Assembly (NCBI GenBank): GCA_010093815.1
Contig: ML996569.1
DNA: 64,000 nucleotides
Direction: 5' to 3' (one strand)
Source: Pseudovirgaria hyperparasitica
Taxonomy: Eukaryota
Both the position numbers and the translations under genes were made by a program. The notes beneath the pieces are model-generated. The model saw only the letters and a program-made list of their open reading frames with translations. It made no database searches and was not told the DNA's origin. The number at the start of each line of letters is the position of its first letter. Position 1 is the first letter of the stretch. Shown here piece after piece: positions 1 to 12,398 of the stretch.

Positions 1-381
1 TATATATTTTATAAGTCTCAAAATTCATATCCATGAAATAGGGGTGAATAACCTACGTTGAGACCAATGCAGCGAATCGTGCCAACCTCCTCTTGTGCTA
101 AGGGACTAAGCAATTGCCCAACAACAGCTTCTTCAGTAGTCTCTTGGCCCGGAGAAAGCACTGACGACCCGCTCCAGATTCTTACTTGCACGACCTCATT
201 CTTTGATACAGCTAGCCCTATATCTCGCTCAGCATCGAATGGTTGGCCGATCAAGGTTTTGCTTCGGTCGGATCTTGGGTGGAAGCGAAGGAGCCCTGCA
301 CATCATCAGTGACTGGCTCCAAGGTCCGATGTCGAGCCATCGCAAAGCTAGCTGCACAGCAAACATACGTTGCCAGGCCAT
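1..381 (-). CDS. Fumarylacetoacetate hydrolase (FAH) family protein, 5' part; gene runs off the left edge
   Basis: ATG at 381. Exon 369-381, intron 296-368 (GTATGT..CAG), exon 57-295, next donor at 56. Spliced product MAWQRLLRF...LIGQP...LLSPL...IRCIGLN is the typical fungal FAH-family N-terminus. Confidence 0.8.
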
Positions 382-1013
382 GACGGGAGTTCTGGAGAAG
401 AATCTTGCAGATGTAAACGCACACGAAAGTTCGTGAACAGTTCTGGTGCGTCTCGATATGAAGCCCGACGAAGATATGAGTGGCAGCAAGTGACTTCTGC
501 AGTTGATCATGGATTTTTCGATATGGAATAGAGATTTCTACGACGCGTAAAGATCTGTTCTCGGATTGTCCGCAGAAGGATGGGGGGTTCAAATGCCGAA
601 GTGCCCCACCCCCACAGCTTCCCACTGCACGGGCCACGTGTACGAACCAGGGACCACGCGGTTCTCCGGGCGGCAATTGTCTACTTAGGTAGTGTGGCCT
701 TCGTAGCGAGTGTATTGTTATATTGTGGTATCACCATTCAATACGGGTTCCATCACTTTATTCTCCACAGATTTCCTTTCTAGACGAAGATGCTACAGAG
801 GCGACTACAAATTCCCGTTGCCCAGACCATTGCACCAACCTGGCTATACGCATCCACATTTTGCCCAGCTACGAAGCACTTTACCGTGCTGTATGTGCTC
901 CACACAGTTGGAGCTGTCCTGCACTTGTGCTATACTCCATCACTTTGTCAAGTACTCGAACAATCGAGAAGGAGGAAATGCTATTCTTCGGACCGTTCGC
1001 AGAGCGTCTAAGT

Positions 1014-2688
1014 TCATGCCTGCTCTATGGCACTTACAAGAGGCAGACCCCAATAACCAAACAGTTCTTCAATAGATAGTTTATCGGGACAGGCTACGTC
1101 GACAGCGGGGACTGGAGGCTGTGTCTCTTTCATCAGCTTTTCTGTGTCGGGATCCGCTTCGACCGGCTTACTCTTTCCCTTCTTTCCCTTTTTCTTCTTT
1201 GCTTTAGTCGTAGGTTTAACCTCATCCACCGCTTCAGATGCCAAGGCCACTTCCGGGGCAACGTCACAATCTGTAGGAACTTCGCACGTTGTAGGAACTT
1301 CGCACTCTTGAGCTGATTCATACATCTTCTTTCCCTTGTTCGTCTTCTTCTTGGTCGTGGTTATACGACCCCACGCCCACGTATCACCCCAGCCGTCTCC
1401 TTCCTCGCAAGCTTTAGGTTCAACCTCATCCACCGCTTTAGGTGCCAAGGCCACCTCCGGGGCACCGTCATACTCTGTAGGAACTTCGCACTCTAGAGCT
1501 GGCTCATACATCTTCTTTCCCTTGTTCGTCTTCTTCTTGGTCGTGGTTGTACGACCCCACGCCCACGTATCACCCCAGCCGTCTCCTTCCTCGCAAGCTT
1601 TAGGTTCAACCTCATCCACCGCTTCAGGTGCCAAAGCCACCTCTAGAGCAACGTCACGATCTGTAGGAACTTCGCACTCTAGAGCTGGCTCAGACTTGCG
1701 TAGCCATACAGAGTCGTCTGCAGGCCTGGCCGTGCTTGAATGGGACCCTGGTATTGACTCAGGTTCTGGTGCTGGCTCAGGCTCGGGAATTAGCTGAACC
1801 TCCTCAAGGACCAGCTCAGGATCGGAGGTAGGCCCAATATCAGAAATCGCCTCATGAATTGAACCAGGCTCAGGCTCAGAACTGAGTACTGACCTGTTAA
1901 CTGGCTCGTCGACAGTCCCCCAGCACTCTTCAACCCGTGGTTGCCGAGCAGAATCTTCCTCCATGGGGAGATCAGTCTCTCTCACAGGGCTACTCGAAGC
2001 ACGCTTGAAGTCAATAAGCAGCTCTACTATGAGTCCGAAAATCGCCTTTGTGAACTCAAGGTCAGTCAGGGAATCCATAAACTCATGTTGCGCAAATAAT
2101 TGTACGTCCGCCTGGAGTGCTTTGCTAAGATTGCTTCTCAAATGCTCTAGGAACCACGCTTTGGAGGAGGCTAGCTTCATGAAGGTTAAGTTGCCAACCT
2201 GGATCATCAAATTTATGGGTATAGTTGTACCGTAGTATTCTGCCTGCTTCTTGCTTGTGTATGCCAAATCAGCAAGCTCGTACGCAGTAGCTGCACACAA
2301 TGCCTTGATACTTCGGTCATACTCGATCAAATTCTCTGTTTCCGTAGATATGCCCACTTGTCGAAGAGTTTGATATTGCCTAGTGAAGAGAAAGTGGACC
2401 AATGTGTGAGCAACGCCGTCATCGACGTCTGAAAGGCGCATGGACGATACGTGTCCATTGCTTGCGAGCTCGGCGAATTTGGGAAATTGTTGGAGCAAAT
2501 TTTGCGGGATATTAAAACGCTGTGCATCATCTCCAAGAGTTAGGGTACAGGAGGCTCCTTCATATGGTCTGTCCTATGGAATTAGCGTGGTTGCGACGTG
2601 CCCAAACAGAGGTCACTCACGAGACCAGAGGCCGGTTGTCTTCGACGGCAGGCCAATTTGCGCTCTTCGTCTTACTCTTTTTCCCCAT
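1014..2688 (-). CDS. BTB/POZ-like domain protein with acidic, internally repeated C-terminal half
   Basis: ATG at 2688 (MGKKSK...RPLVS). Intron ~2569-2620 (GTGAGT..GCTAAT..CAG) joins to PYEGASCTLTLG...FNIPQNLL. Motif LSDVDDGVAHTLVHFLFTRQYQTL...ALCAATAYELADL is typical of fungal BTB-like proteins. 3' end may be spliced further. Confidence 0.65.
1209..1692. repeat. Coding tandem repeat, 186-bp (62-aa) unit: two near-identical copies plus a partial third
   Basis: TACATCTTCTTTCCCTTGTTCGTC starts at 1321 and again at 1507. Partial copy at ~1209-1315 contains an internal 18-bp duplication (GTAGGAACTTCGCAC). Confidence 0.9.
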
Positions 2689-3704
2689 TGTAGTGTTGGT
2701 TTCCCTGGATCGGCATAAATTCCTGGAACCTGGCGATGGCGAAAGATCGAGTGCATATCCAATGTTGCCTTGAGCAATATCACTTATATACACCAGGGCC
2801 TCCAATATAAGGAAGACAACACATAGTGCAGGCGCATGCATCAGGCAGAAGCTGATCTGTACCTAACCCTGCGCTTGCATAAGCGCCCTCGTTCCAGCGA
2901 AACGGTTCTAGGCGTCGTGCCGTTCAGCTACGCACTTCATAAGGCGGGCGAGCCAATCTTGTTCGACTTCGGTGTCCGCCATTACCTTGCTGACTTGCAT
3001 CATCACGAACATGATGCAGTATATCAGTGAGATGATAGGGCATATACATTAATGCTTCTGCCTTTTGGCAGTGAGCGGGGAAGCTGAGGGGCACCAATAA
3101 ATCTTCTTGGAGATAACCTAGGCGATCGAACGAATAGATGGACTGATTAGTTTAGGTTGAAATTCTCAATGAAACCTAGACGCTAGAGCATTGAAGGCAA
3201 TATTCGATCGATACAGATAGCCTGCATAACGCCATTCTTCACTTTGGCGGTGAATATTCACCAGATTGCTGATACCACTGGCTGCTCCCATACACCATTA
3301 CTTCCGTCGCACGATACGCGTGCAAGGTTCCCCGCTCGATGTGTTTGCTCAAAGAAAATGCGGTCACCTCGAAACTTTCTTTGGTGAATCCCTCTAAGTA
3401 AAGAACTCCCATCTAAAACGAGGATTAATCGTTTCATCCTGAATTCAGAGTAGAACATTCTCACACACTGCTTCGGTTTGTAGGGCGTGTATCAGTTCTA
3501 TGCAAGTAAAGCCTCCACTCACGAACACCAGCATACCAGAATGACGCATACGATGCAAACGTTTCTTGGTGGATTCTGCGTAAAACAATAGGCCAGACCA
3601 TTTTCTCCCTCACTGAGTGGGCATGATGTCAAGCTTAGTAGTGCTCGGGTCAAGTTCAGCAGCCGATTAAGATCATGTACGCAATCTCTGCGTCACAATA
3701 GATC

Positions 3705-5860
3705 ATGGAGTTACCACACGGGCCATTGTCCGAGAACATTGGGCTGTTGGCACAGTTTGGCAAAGTTCTCGCGAGACCGACGACTAATGTACCGCAAACA
3801 ATTCTGCTGGAACAAGACTCCCGTGGCTATGTGAGGGCACTCTCCTTCAGACAAGAGCTCCGAACAGCTGAAGCCTTTGCGTTATTACTATCTACGACAC
3901 ACGACTACAAAAAGGTAGGGGCTGTGTGTATCGAAGAGGATAGTCTGGAAAACAGGTTTATTGTGAGATCAGCCGTCAATCTAGGAGAACAGAAGCAGAG
4001 AAAACAGACCTTCGATCGACTATTGCAAGCGGGGAGAAAGTCTGCAGAATTAGGTGATTTTGAGACCAATTGCTCTATGTTACATATCTGACCGGACTAG
4101 GAGACAGCAGCGGTATACTGGTGCTTGATGCAGCTGTCGAGACAAATCACAAACGGATTCTTGGTAGATTACGGTCTAAGCACGGTCCTAAATCGCCCGT
4201 TCGTAGTCTTATTTCACGACTGGACGAAGAACTGAAGGTAGCGAGACCACTTGGAGACACTACCACGATGACAAAGTTACGACAATCTGTCCAACGATTA
4301 TCTAGTAACTTCAGATCATTCGAAGCTCTACCAAGAGTGATAGCTCATGGGATAGATGGCCGAGTAGCCATAAGAAAGATTCTGTTGATTATACATGCCG
4401 ACTTCGACTTTGGGGCCTTTCATGATCTTCAATCCAGACATAGGCCCCGTCACCCCGATCTCGAGAAAAAGCTCCGTAAGTTGTCCCAGTACGTGTCAAC
4501 TTCACAACATATCGCACGTATCATACGCCGCCACAGCAACTGGAAATTTGCAGAGGTTCTGAACGGGCCATACGCCAATAAGATCGGCGGGGCTCAGCCT
4601 GAGGGTACGGGCCTTCTCACTCGAAGCTTGTCATCCAAGAAGACGAAGGAAAGGGAGCAATTCGAAGTGGCCCTAGGCACAAGCCTCAACAAGAAATGTG
4701 CGGCTGTGCAAGCCATTGTCTATGAAGGCTGCAACTTAGAGTGCAAAGTCCACGCTGAAGTCCAGATCATCTATCACTACCTGCAGAACCCGCAAGTTAC
4801 TGTGTTACCTCGAGTCATCGCCTCCAACAAGAAGGCATGTTATCTATGCGACCTCTTCAGCAAAACTCATGGCGTATACTACATTCCCAAGACTCACGGG
4901 CGACTGTATCCGAAATGGCGTCTGCCAGAAACTGACGAACTCATACTCACAAAGCAGACAAAGAAGATTTCACGTGGTATAGTGTCGAACTTCAGTAAAG
5001 CTGTTGAGGAGGTCATCAAGCAAAAATGTCAACTACGAATGGCACGAATCCCACAACCAAGCGAAAGTAGTGCGTTTCGTTCTGGGTCCAATACCGCTTC
5101 TGTTATTTCAGGCGCGGTAGCGGCAGCGTTCCCAAGCAATACATCTATCACAGTAGCGAATCTAAATTCGGCCACAAAAGTCACCGAGACAGTTCTGAGC
5201 TCTAGGTCAGAATTCGACCGAGCGGATACTGTTCAAATAGACACGGGGTTTCTACAAAATAACGAACCATCAATTCGTGACAAAACACTACCTTCATCCA
5301 GGGCCTCCTCCGCCGTGCCTAGCGAGACTACACCACAATCTGTGACGATCAATGTGATCAAACAGGAGAGTACCGGTGACGCAGAAGGCTCTAGTCAGTA
5401 TTGTGATGCGCAGCCTGCTACGTCACTGCCCAGTCTCCATAACAGCAAATATTCAGATTCTCTAGATGCGACAGGACATCCCTTGTCACCACGGTCTTCT
5501 TGTAGAAGTGAAAGTCCAGGAAACAAATTACTGGAATCACATACTTTTCATCTAGCACAAGGTCAAGCACAGGAGATCACCATTGTTTCCGGTCAAACGG
5601 TACGAGTCCATACTCCAAAAATTCGGATCGAGATCCTGAACTCAAGCTCAAAAGCAACGGGTACAGCAGAATTAGAAAAGTGTCTGAACATCGAGTGGCT
5701 TTCACAGCGGCAAAGCACAGCCTGCCCTCATGAAAGTTTTCGTAGAATTGATGTAATGATGGAGGGCTTGGATGCTGGAGAGATTGAGTGTGATCAGCTT
5801 ATGCAGGATGGCGTAATTCTCTTCAAAGGAACGTGCTCTGTTATGATGAAAGTCATATAG
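3705..5860 (+). CDS. OTT_1508-like nucleic acid/nucleotide deaminase domain protein
   Basis: Two ORFs joined in frame by intron 4054-4100 (GTGATT..CTGAC..TAG). Zn-deaminase motifs VHAEVQI, ASNKKACYLC and HGRLYPKWRLP, plus the N-terminal V.AVCIEE motif. Confidence 0.8.
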
Positions 5861-6055
5861 ACGTCGTTGATATGCTTGTTATTATCAATTCATCTCCGTA
5901 TGAATACTAAATCACATTGCAGAGACAACATTTATTGTTGCGACCGGCGTGACATATTCACAAAAGAGCTATTCGGAGTTTTGGAGTTTTGTGCGCAGAT
6001 CGGAGAGTTAAAAACAGACTGTGGGAATTATTCGTGGTCTCGACCGCAGAAAATA

Positions 6056-6828
6056 CTAAGCCTTCTTTCCGAAGAGCCAAGCTCGGAAGATCTGTATTAC
6101 CCACCAACCACTCTCTACGACGGTACTGTTCCTATACTCCCGACCTCGATCCTCAACATCGGCCATGGCGCATACAGCACTACCTAAAGGGCCAGGGTAT
6201 CTGCGCCTGATATAAACGCCAGCCATGTTCAAGCCATTAGTGATACCGCCTGAGATTCTTAGCGAAGATCACCATCTGTATGTTGATCTGAACACTTACC
6301 ACTCGACCAGATATTCCCATCAACTTCCCAACGCTTGTCTGTCCACTGCACCTTCGGAAAGTCCTTCTTCAGCTTTGGAAGCAGAGCACGTGGCCCAGAG
6401 GCAGTTTTCCCGTCATAAATACCGCTCGACGCGGCAACAAATGCACCTGTACAGATGACAAGGATGTCCGTCCTATGAGCGTCGAAGTGGCCTCGTAAAA
6501 AGTCCAGCACGTCCTTGTCATGGGTTGCATTTGGATCGGGCCCTGGCACCATTAGAACATCGAGGGTACCAGGGGCACAGTCTGATGAGTCCAGGGTGTG
6601 TGTCATCTTGATTCTGCAATCGGCTGTGCACGATATGAATGGATGGTGCTTTGCCGACGCAATATATAGACATTCCACGTCGAGACCGAGGTCCAATAGT
6701 GGTTTTGGAAGGTCGCAGGCCTGGAGATAGTCGCGACCCAGCATGCCAAATAGGTCAATTGGAGACATATCGAGGGTCTGGACAGGCCCCGAAAAAAGTA
6801 CTCCGACGCGGAGCTTGCGATTTGACAT
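6056..6828 (-). CDS. DJ-1/PfpI family (class I glutamine amidotransferase-like) protein
   Basis: MSNRKLRVGVLF...LDVLMVPGPDP...ILVICTGAFVAASSG...RWEVDGNIWSSG. Intron from 6299 (GTAAGT) to ~6250; last exon GGITNGLNMA... ends TAG at 6056. Confidence 0.85.
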
Positions 6829-7156
6829 TATGAATAGATAGTTAGATGAGTATTCGTATGATACTGAGGGCGATGAAGGAATGTTTGACACCCGCGGTAG
6901 CTGGCCTTTATATGACTTTAGATGGCCGAATCGTTTCGTCCATCTTTAAGTCAGCTCGGTACCAAAACACGACTATGTGCAGCACCCGCGTTACCTTCCT
7001 ATTAATTTATATGGGTTGAGACTGGTATGGACTTTTTGTACTGCTGAAATACACGGCACGGGTCACAAAGTAATGCCGTTCCGTCCCGTGTCAAGGCCCG
7101 TCTCGCAGCATCGGCCATTACTCAGGTAGGACCCTGAGTATATATCAAGACATTGT

Positions 7157-7777
7157 TCATCTGATCTTCTTCTCCTTTGAAAGAATGTTCGTGTCGTAAA
7201 CTTGCACACCAAACAATTTTGCAACGGCCCAACTATGTCCGCTAACAAAGAGTGGCCCGCCTCTCCAAAACGGTAGAATGTCATGCACGCCTTGCCTTCG
7301 CTTAACCACATCTTTCTCCCAGTCACCGCGTTGAAACTGCTCAACATCTTCACGAAAGACCTTGTGCGTGCTGGCATTTGCGGCCATGACCCAAAAGCCG
7401 ATGATATGGCCCCTGTCGATCAGCGACGCAGCTAGATTTTCGATGCTACTCCGTGATTTGGCATCATGTTCCTGGAGGGCATACAACCTCAAGAGATCCG
7501 TACATGAATATTCGGCCTGATAGAGCTGCACATGCTCCAGCTGTGTGCGATGTTTCGGCGTAGGTATCGATGCGATGGAAATAGGTGATGTCCACGGAAA
7601 TGGGGAGTACATGATACGTAGGGCCAAGCTCAAGAGACAAGAGATAGGAAAGTTTAGGCCGAGGGCAAGAGAGCCTCTGAGGCCTGAGCCTAAAGTTATG
7701 ACGTATGGATTTGAGGGTGTAGCGAAATGTACCATATGGCGCTGAAAAGCTGACATGTTGATGCCTTTGGCTACCAT
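7157..7777 (-). CDS. Hypothetical protein, divergent caleosin-like
   Basis: 206-aa single-exon ORF. AFQRHMVHF, a hydrophobic hairpin with Pro-rich end (YSPFPWTSP), PKH and the C-terminal VFREDVEQFQRG..E...RR parallel the caleosin layout. Confidence 0.5.
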   Translation of the reverse strand: MVAKGINMSAFQRHMVHFATPSNPYVITLGSGLRGSLALGLNFPISCLLSLALRIMYSPFPWTSPISIASIPTPKHRTQLEHVQLYQAEYSCTDLLRLYALQEHDAKSRSSIENLAASLIDRGHIIGFWVMAANASTHKVFREDVEQFQRGDWEKDVVKRRQGVHDILPFWRGGPLFVSGHSWAVAKLFGVQVYDTNILSKEKKIR

Positions 7778-8250
7778 GACGCTTGCCAGTTCAAATCTGT
7801 TCGTCGGTCGAATGATTGAATGATTGCTACGAGTGAAAAGGAATATATGATTATGACTATTGTCAAAATTCGACGGTGTTGTTCATCGTGACGTCTATGG
7901 ACGGTTCGTCAACTTAGAATGAACTAAGCAATATGCGGTTAGGTAACTTTTTTCCTAAAATTGCGAGTCGAGCTCCCTCCTTCTCCTACAGATGATCGTC
8001 AATGCATCTTCAACACCGAACATAGTCTATCACAATATGTCGCTTACGACACGCATAAAGGAGAAGACCCAGAATGTCCAGTGGTAAGGTCACGGATATA
8101 GAGCCGGCGGGGCGGAATATGTTGCACCAACCGTTCTGCCGAGACATGACCTTCTGCTCTGGTAATTATGTGATCGGAAACAGGGTAAAATTAGATTGGT
8201 CTGTTTCAGTCATGAGATCAGAAGACTAGCATATTTCTTCCCTTGGGTTA

Positions 8251-8285
8251 CCCCAGGATCCCCAGCTTTTTCACATCCGGTGGGG
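8251..8285. promoter_or_regulatory. Cluster of three CreA/Cre1-type SYGGRG carbon catabolite repression motifs upstream of the GH43 gene
   Basis: CCCCAG at 8251 and 8260 (CTGGGG on minus) and GTGGGG at 8280, 250-290 bp upstream of the GH43 ATG. The motif is short, so chance is possible. Confidence 0.4.
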
Positions 8286-8538
8286 CTGAAGATCTTCAAC
8301 GACGAACGTGGCGCGAACAGTACTAAGTCGTTAGCCTTGGAAATGTCATTAAGCTACTGTCCTGTCCTCCCTTATTCCACTTCACGTACCTTGGCATGTA
8401 ACGTCAAGAAGCATGGATCGGCGCTTCTCATCGAATGACACAGCCCTCAAGACCTGCTATATGTTACCGATCTTTAGGGTGACAATATAAGGTAGACCAC
8501 TACGTGCTCTTCTAAGCTGTTATCACACCCCTCTCACT

Positions 8539-9831
8539 ATGTATCTCAGTCGAGTACTTCTTTCTTCTGCTCTCACATTTGCTGTGATCACACAGGCTCG
8601 TCCAGCAACGAATAACATTGCTCAAAGACTTGAATCAGCTCTGGCAAGTCTTTTCATTCCAAACATCGACAATGTAGCAGGAAACCTACATCTCCCAAAG
8701 ACTCTTGATGGATTCAACGTCTCTTGGATAAGCAATAATCTATCTGTAATCTCACAAGACGGCCTCGTAACGAGGCCAACCGAGGACTCGCAAATCATTC
8801 TCCGCGCGCGAGTTGACCATGAAGGGGCTCATCGGGAGCGCGAGTATGTTGCTTCAGTCAAGAGAGCCGTGCAACTTGATTGTTTTACGGGCTATGCATT
8901 TGCATACTTCACCGGAAACTCCAAAGAAGGAGAGAACATCTTTTTCGCTGCGACCAACGGCAACAACGCCTTAGACTGGCGTGAGCTGAACAACGGCCAA
9001 CCAGCGCTGACATCTTCGATGGGCACGAAAGGTTTGCGTGACCCCTTCATAATTCGGTCTGCCGAAGGAGATAAATTCTTCTTGCTCGCTACTGATTTGT
9101 CTATCGGTTCCGGAACATCTTGGTCCGATTCTGTCAAATTCGGTAGCCGATATCTCGAGGTATGGGAATCTAACGACTTGAAAACTTGGTCTGCACAACG
9201 CCATGTCTTGGTAAGCCCACCGGAGGCTGGTAACACCTGGGCTCCAGAAGCATTCTATGACAGCTCGATCGGGGAGTATGTCGTATACTGGGCCTCCTCT
9301 CTATACGCCGACGATGATCCAGACCGGATCGGAGCCACATATCATCGCATGCTCTACTCAACAACGCGCGACTTTGTAAAGTTTTCGGAAACATCAGTTT
9401 GGCAAGATGCAGGAAAGTCGCGCATCGATTCTACAGTAATCGAAGTCGGTGACGTGTACTATCGCTTCACTAAGGATGAGGGCGCGGCTGAGACGGGATG
9501 CACCGACATTATCCAGGAGAGATCGGATTCACTCCGGTCGGATCTATCGCAATGGACGCAAATCGCCTCGTGCATCGGCAAGAATGCTGGAACCAGCGCT
9601 GTTGAGGGGCCCACTTCTTTCAGATCAAATCCGGGTGATGTGAATGGAGACAAGTTCTATCTTTTTGTTGATGAATATGGAGACAGGGGATATATTCCTC
9701 TTGAGACTGCAGACGTCGCAAATCCACAGTGGAAAGTGTCATCATCGTACAAGTTGCCGTCAAGCCCACGACATGGAACGGTTATTGGAATAACTGCAGC
9801 AGAGCTTGAGTCTTTGACAAGCACCACCTAG
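8539..9831 (+). CDS. Secreted glycoside hydrolase family 43 (arabinase/arabinofuranosidase-like) with N-terminal Ig-like domain
   Basis: Signal peptide; GLRDPFIIRS, WAPEAFYD, RIDSTVI, EGP and PRHGTVI motifs of GH43; no introns. Confidence 0.9.
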   Translation: MYLSRVLLSSALTFAVITQARPATNNIAQRLESALASLFIPNIDNVAGNLHLPKTLDGFNVSWISNNLSVISQDGLVTRPTEDSQIILRARVDHEGAHREREYVASVKRAVQLDCFTGYAFAYFTGNSKEGENIFFAATNGNNALDWRELNNGQPALTSSMGTKGLRDPFIIRSAEGDKFFLLATDLSIGSGTSWSDSVKFGSRYLEVWESNDLKTWSAQRHVLVSPPEAGNTWAPEAFYDSSIGEYVVYWASSLYADDDPDRIGATYHRMLYSTTRDFVKFSETSVWQDAGKSRIDSTVIEVGDVYYRFTKDEGAAETGCTDIIQERSDSLRSDLSQWTQIASCIGKNAGTSAVEGPTSFRSNPGDVNGDKFYLFVDEYGDRGYIPLETADVANPQWKVSSSYKLPSSPRHGTVIGITAAELESLTSTT

Positions 9832-9966
9832 CGATCTCCACGAACGGCAATAGAAGAACCGTGATCGATGAAGTGACGATCGGTCTAAAGAAAAGTTTGA
9901 TGACTAACATTGTTTCCTGCTTGAATACCAAGTAGTGAAGATGATGATCTGTAGACTTTTCTAGCT

Positions 9967-10803
9967 TCAATAGTCGTCATCGTAATCATCATCGTCCAAC
10001 TGGGTCAACTTGTATTCCGTGAAGACCAATTTCGTTGTTCTCATATCCGACCAAGCAGCTCCAGCTAGCAGGAAGCACAAGAGAAATAAGAGTATCGGCA
10101 GTACAAGGCAGGCAGTCTCCAGAGCACATTGTTTCTTCAATGATGGGAGATTATATGTGGCTAGGAATGATGTTTGATCTTTTGTCTCACACGCCCAAGT
10201 CCCCAGATCGAAAGTGTCAAGTTCATAGGCGAACATGATTTCGTGGGCCGTGACGACGTTCGATATATTTTGAGGATCGTGGACAAGCCTTCCCACTTCG
10301 TAGGTGTCCTGGTAAAAGTGTGCGCTCTTGCTATGTCGAACAAAGGTGTAGATTATGGCTGTCAACGCGCAGATGGCAACTATGCCGAGTAGGGTGATGA
10401 TGATAATTTGTTCACATCTTACAAGCTAAGTTTGAGACCGTCAGTCACGAACTTGGAATTACCTGAAGGCACACACCTTTACGGGTTTGCGCCTTCGAAA
10501 AGTGAAGATTTCTGCGGTTGACGTGCACACAGCCATGACCAGGCTGAGACCTGCGACAGCGAAAAGCACCTTGTGGGTTGACAGTCCAATGTTATTGGGG
10601 TAGTCTGCTGGTAAGACTACCCAGTCCAGTGGATTTGACCTTGAGGGAGCCCCATCTACTCCTCCCGATCTGCCGTCATAGATCGCAAGAGATTGTGATT
10701 TGAACGCAATTATGAGGATGGCGCAAACGATGATCAAGAATGAGATAGCAGTGATAAGGAATCTGCGATGAATTATGCGTTGATAGACACCTTTGAACGC
10801 CAT
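9967..10803 (-). CDS. Four-TM membrane protein (MARVEL-like layout), function unknown
   Basis: ATG at 10803. Intron ~10427-10476 joins ORFs 10459-10848 and 9967-10365 in frame. Four hydrophobic segments with the loop motif FDLGTWAC...C before the last helix. Confidence 0.6.
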
Positions 10804-12398
10804 GGCTTTCAGGATTGCTTCAAAGAAAAACGGGATTTGTTTTATCAAGGATGAATGCTTAGGTTAAAGATGTCGGCCACAGTAATCTTAATATATGCCT
10901 GGGGCGGCGCGGACTATAGGGCATCTGATTTGTTTCTACGCGGAATAATATGGCACAGCAAGTGGAGCGACCTGCTAATCATAGCCAACATATAACCTTA
11001 TTATTATTATCATGCAAGTTTTCGGCGCGTACGGACGGCGCGCTAAATTTATTTTGATCTGAAACGAACGGGATTCATATGTAGCACACTGAGCATAGCC
11101 ACTCGAAGCTAAGCCCCTTTGGGATAAGAGCAGTTTCTCTTTTGACGAGTACAAAAAAGTCACAAGCAATCATCCGACGCTATATTCGGACGTCATTACG
11201 AGCTTTCTTTGTCTTGCACCTGGATACGACACCCAAACAGCATGGAGCAGCTGCTCAATAGCTCATCAAAGGTATAACGTGCTGTTTCTACCGTTGCTAT
11301 CCATATCATATATAAACGAATATTCAAGTTGGTAGAATTCATAGGCTTCTTAGTTGGGAGTAGAAGTTGCACACTGACAGGGTTCTATGTAGACCTAATG
11401 GTGGATGCGATGGATGCTCTACCTGAAGTACGCGAGGCCAGTTGTGTAGAGCTGCTCAGTGGTCTGATAGAAGCTTTCGCTAGTGCCAACAGTCCAACAT
11501 GTCTCCGATGTATTTCATCCATGCTATCAGAAGAGAAGCCTATTTTACCTTTACGACAACTACAAGCTCGTGGTCTTGGCACTACGGTAGCGGGGGCTCT
11601 GATATCTGGACACAGTCTAGAGATCTTGGAATTGTGTCTATCTCGAGTTTTGCCAATGGAGCTAGCTGTTGCCTGTTTATGTAGCCACGTATAATGCACG
11701 GAGTGAGAACTTGACAGTAGAGCCTCCGAAACACATGTCGATTATCATGAAGTTTCTCAAATTAGAAACCATTATCCGTAGTATCTAGTTGATGAGAAGA
11801 TTCTGGTGTCGGACGACTACCTTTACGAAGGTTTATAAGTCAAGGAAGTTCAATGTGTAGAAACTTATCGACTTATGTATTGAAGTTCTTTTCCCATTTT
11901 CCAGTATACAACAAACAACTTTATACTGTGTCTCTTGGTCCTTCCATCATCTGCTATGATACATAAATGCCGCGATTCCAGTATCCATGGATCCCTCTAC
12001 CGCTGAAATTCAATCCCCAGACACACTCATTAGTGTTCGGTAACTCGTTATAGCTACGGGGACCCAGATGTGAATCACCACAACGCTTTTTGGGCATCTG
12101 GGCTCTCATACTGGCCGTATACCATGTACACATAGATGGATATACTTCCAAGATGAGCAACATTACGATATGTTCCAATCTCAAATGGTAAAGAGTGAAA
12201 GTTTCTGGTTATTAGTACAAAGCTTTATAGCGAGCGAGAATCGTAATCCCATACCATGCCACCCTCAAATCCATCGAACACAAGCAACAAAAGAGACTCG
12301 ATTGGTCTCAATTCAATGTATATTGTCCTTCACATTTCGCAACCCAACTTCATCCTTTGTATCTAGAGACCCATTCCAACGGCGAACCCATTCCTCCT

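Noticed and set aside
8539..9831. Recent bacterial horizontal transfer of the intronless GH43
   Set aside because: It has an ordinary signal peptide and composition like its neighbours. Lack of introns alone is insufficient without a phylogeny.
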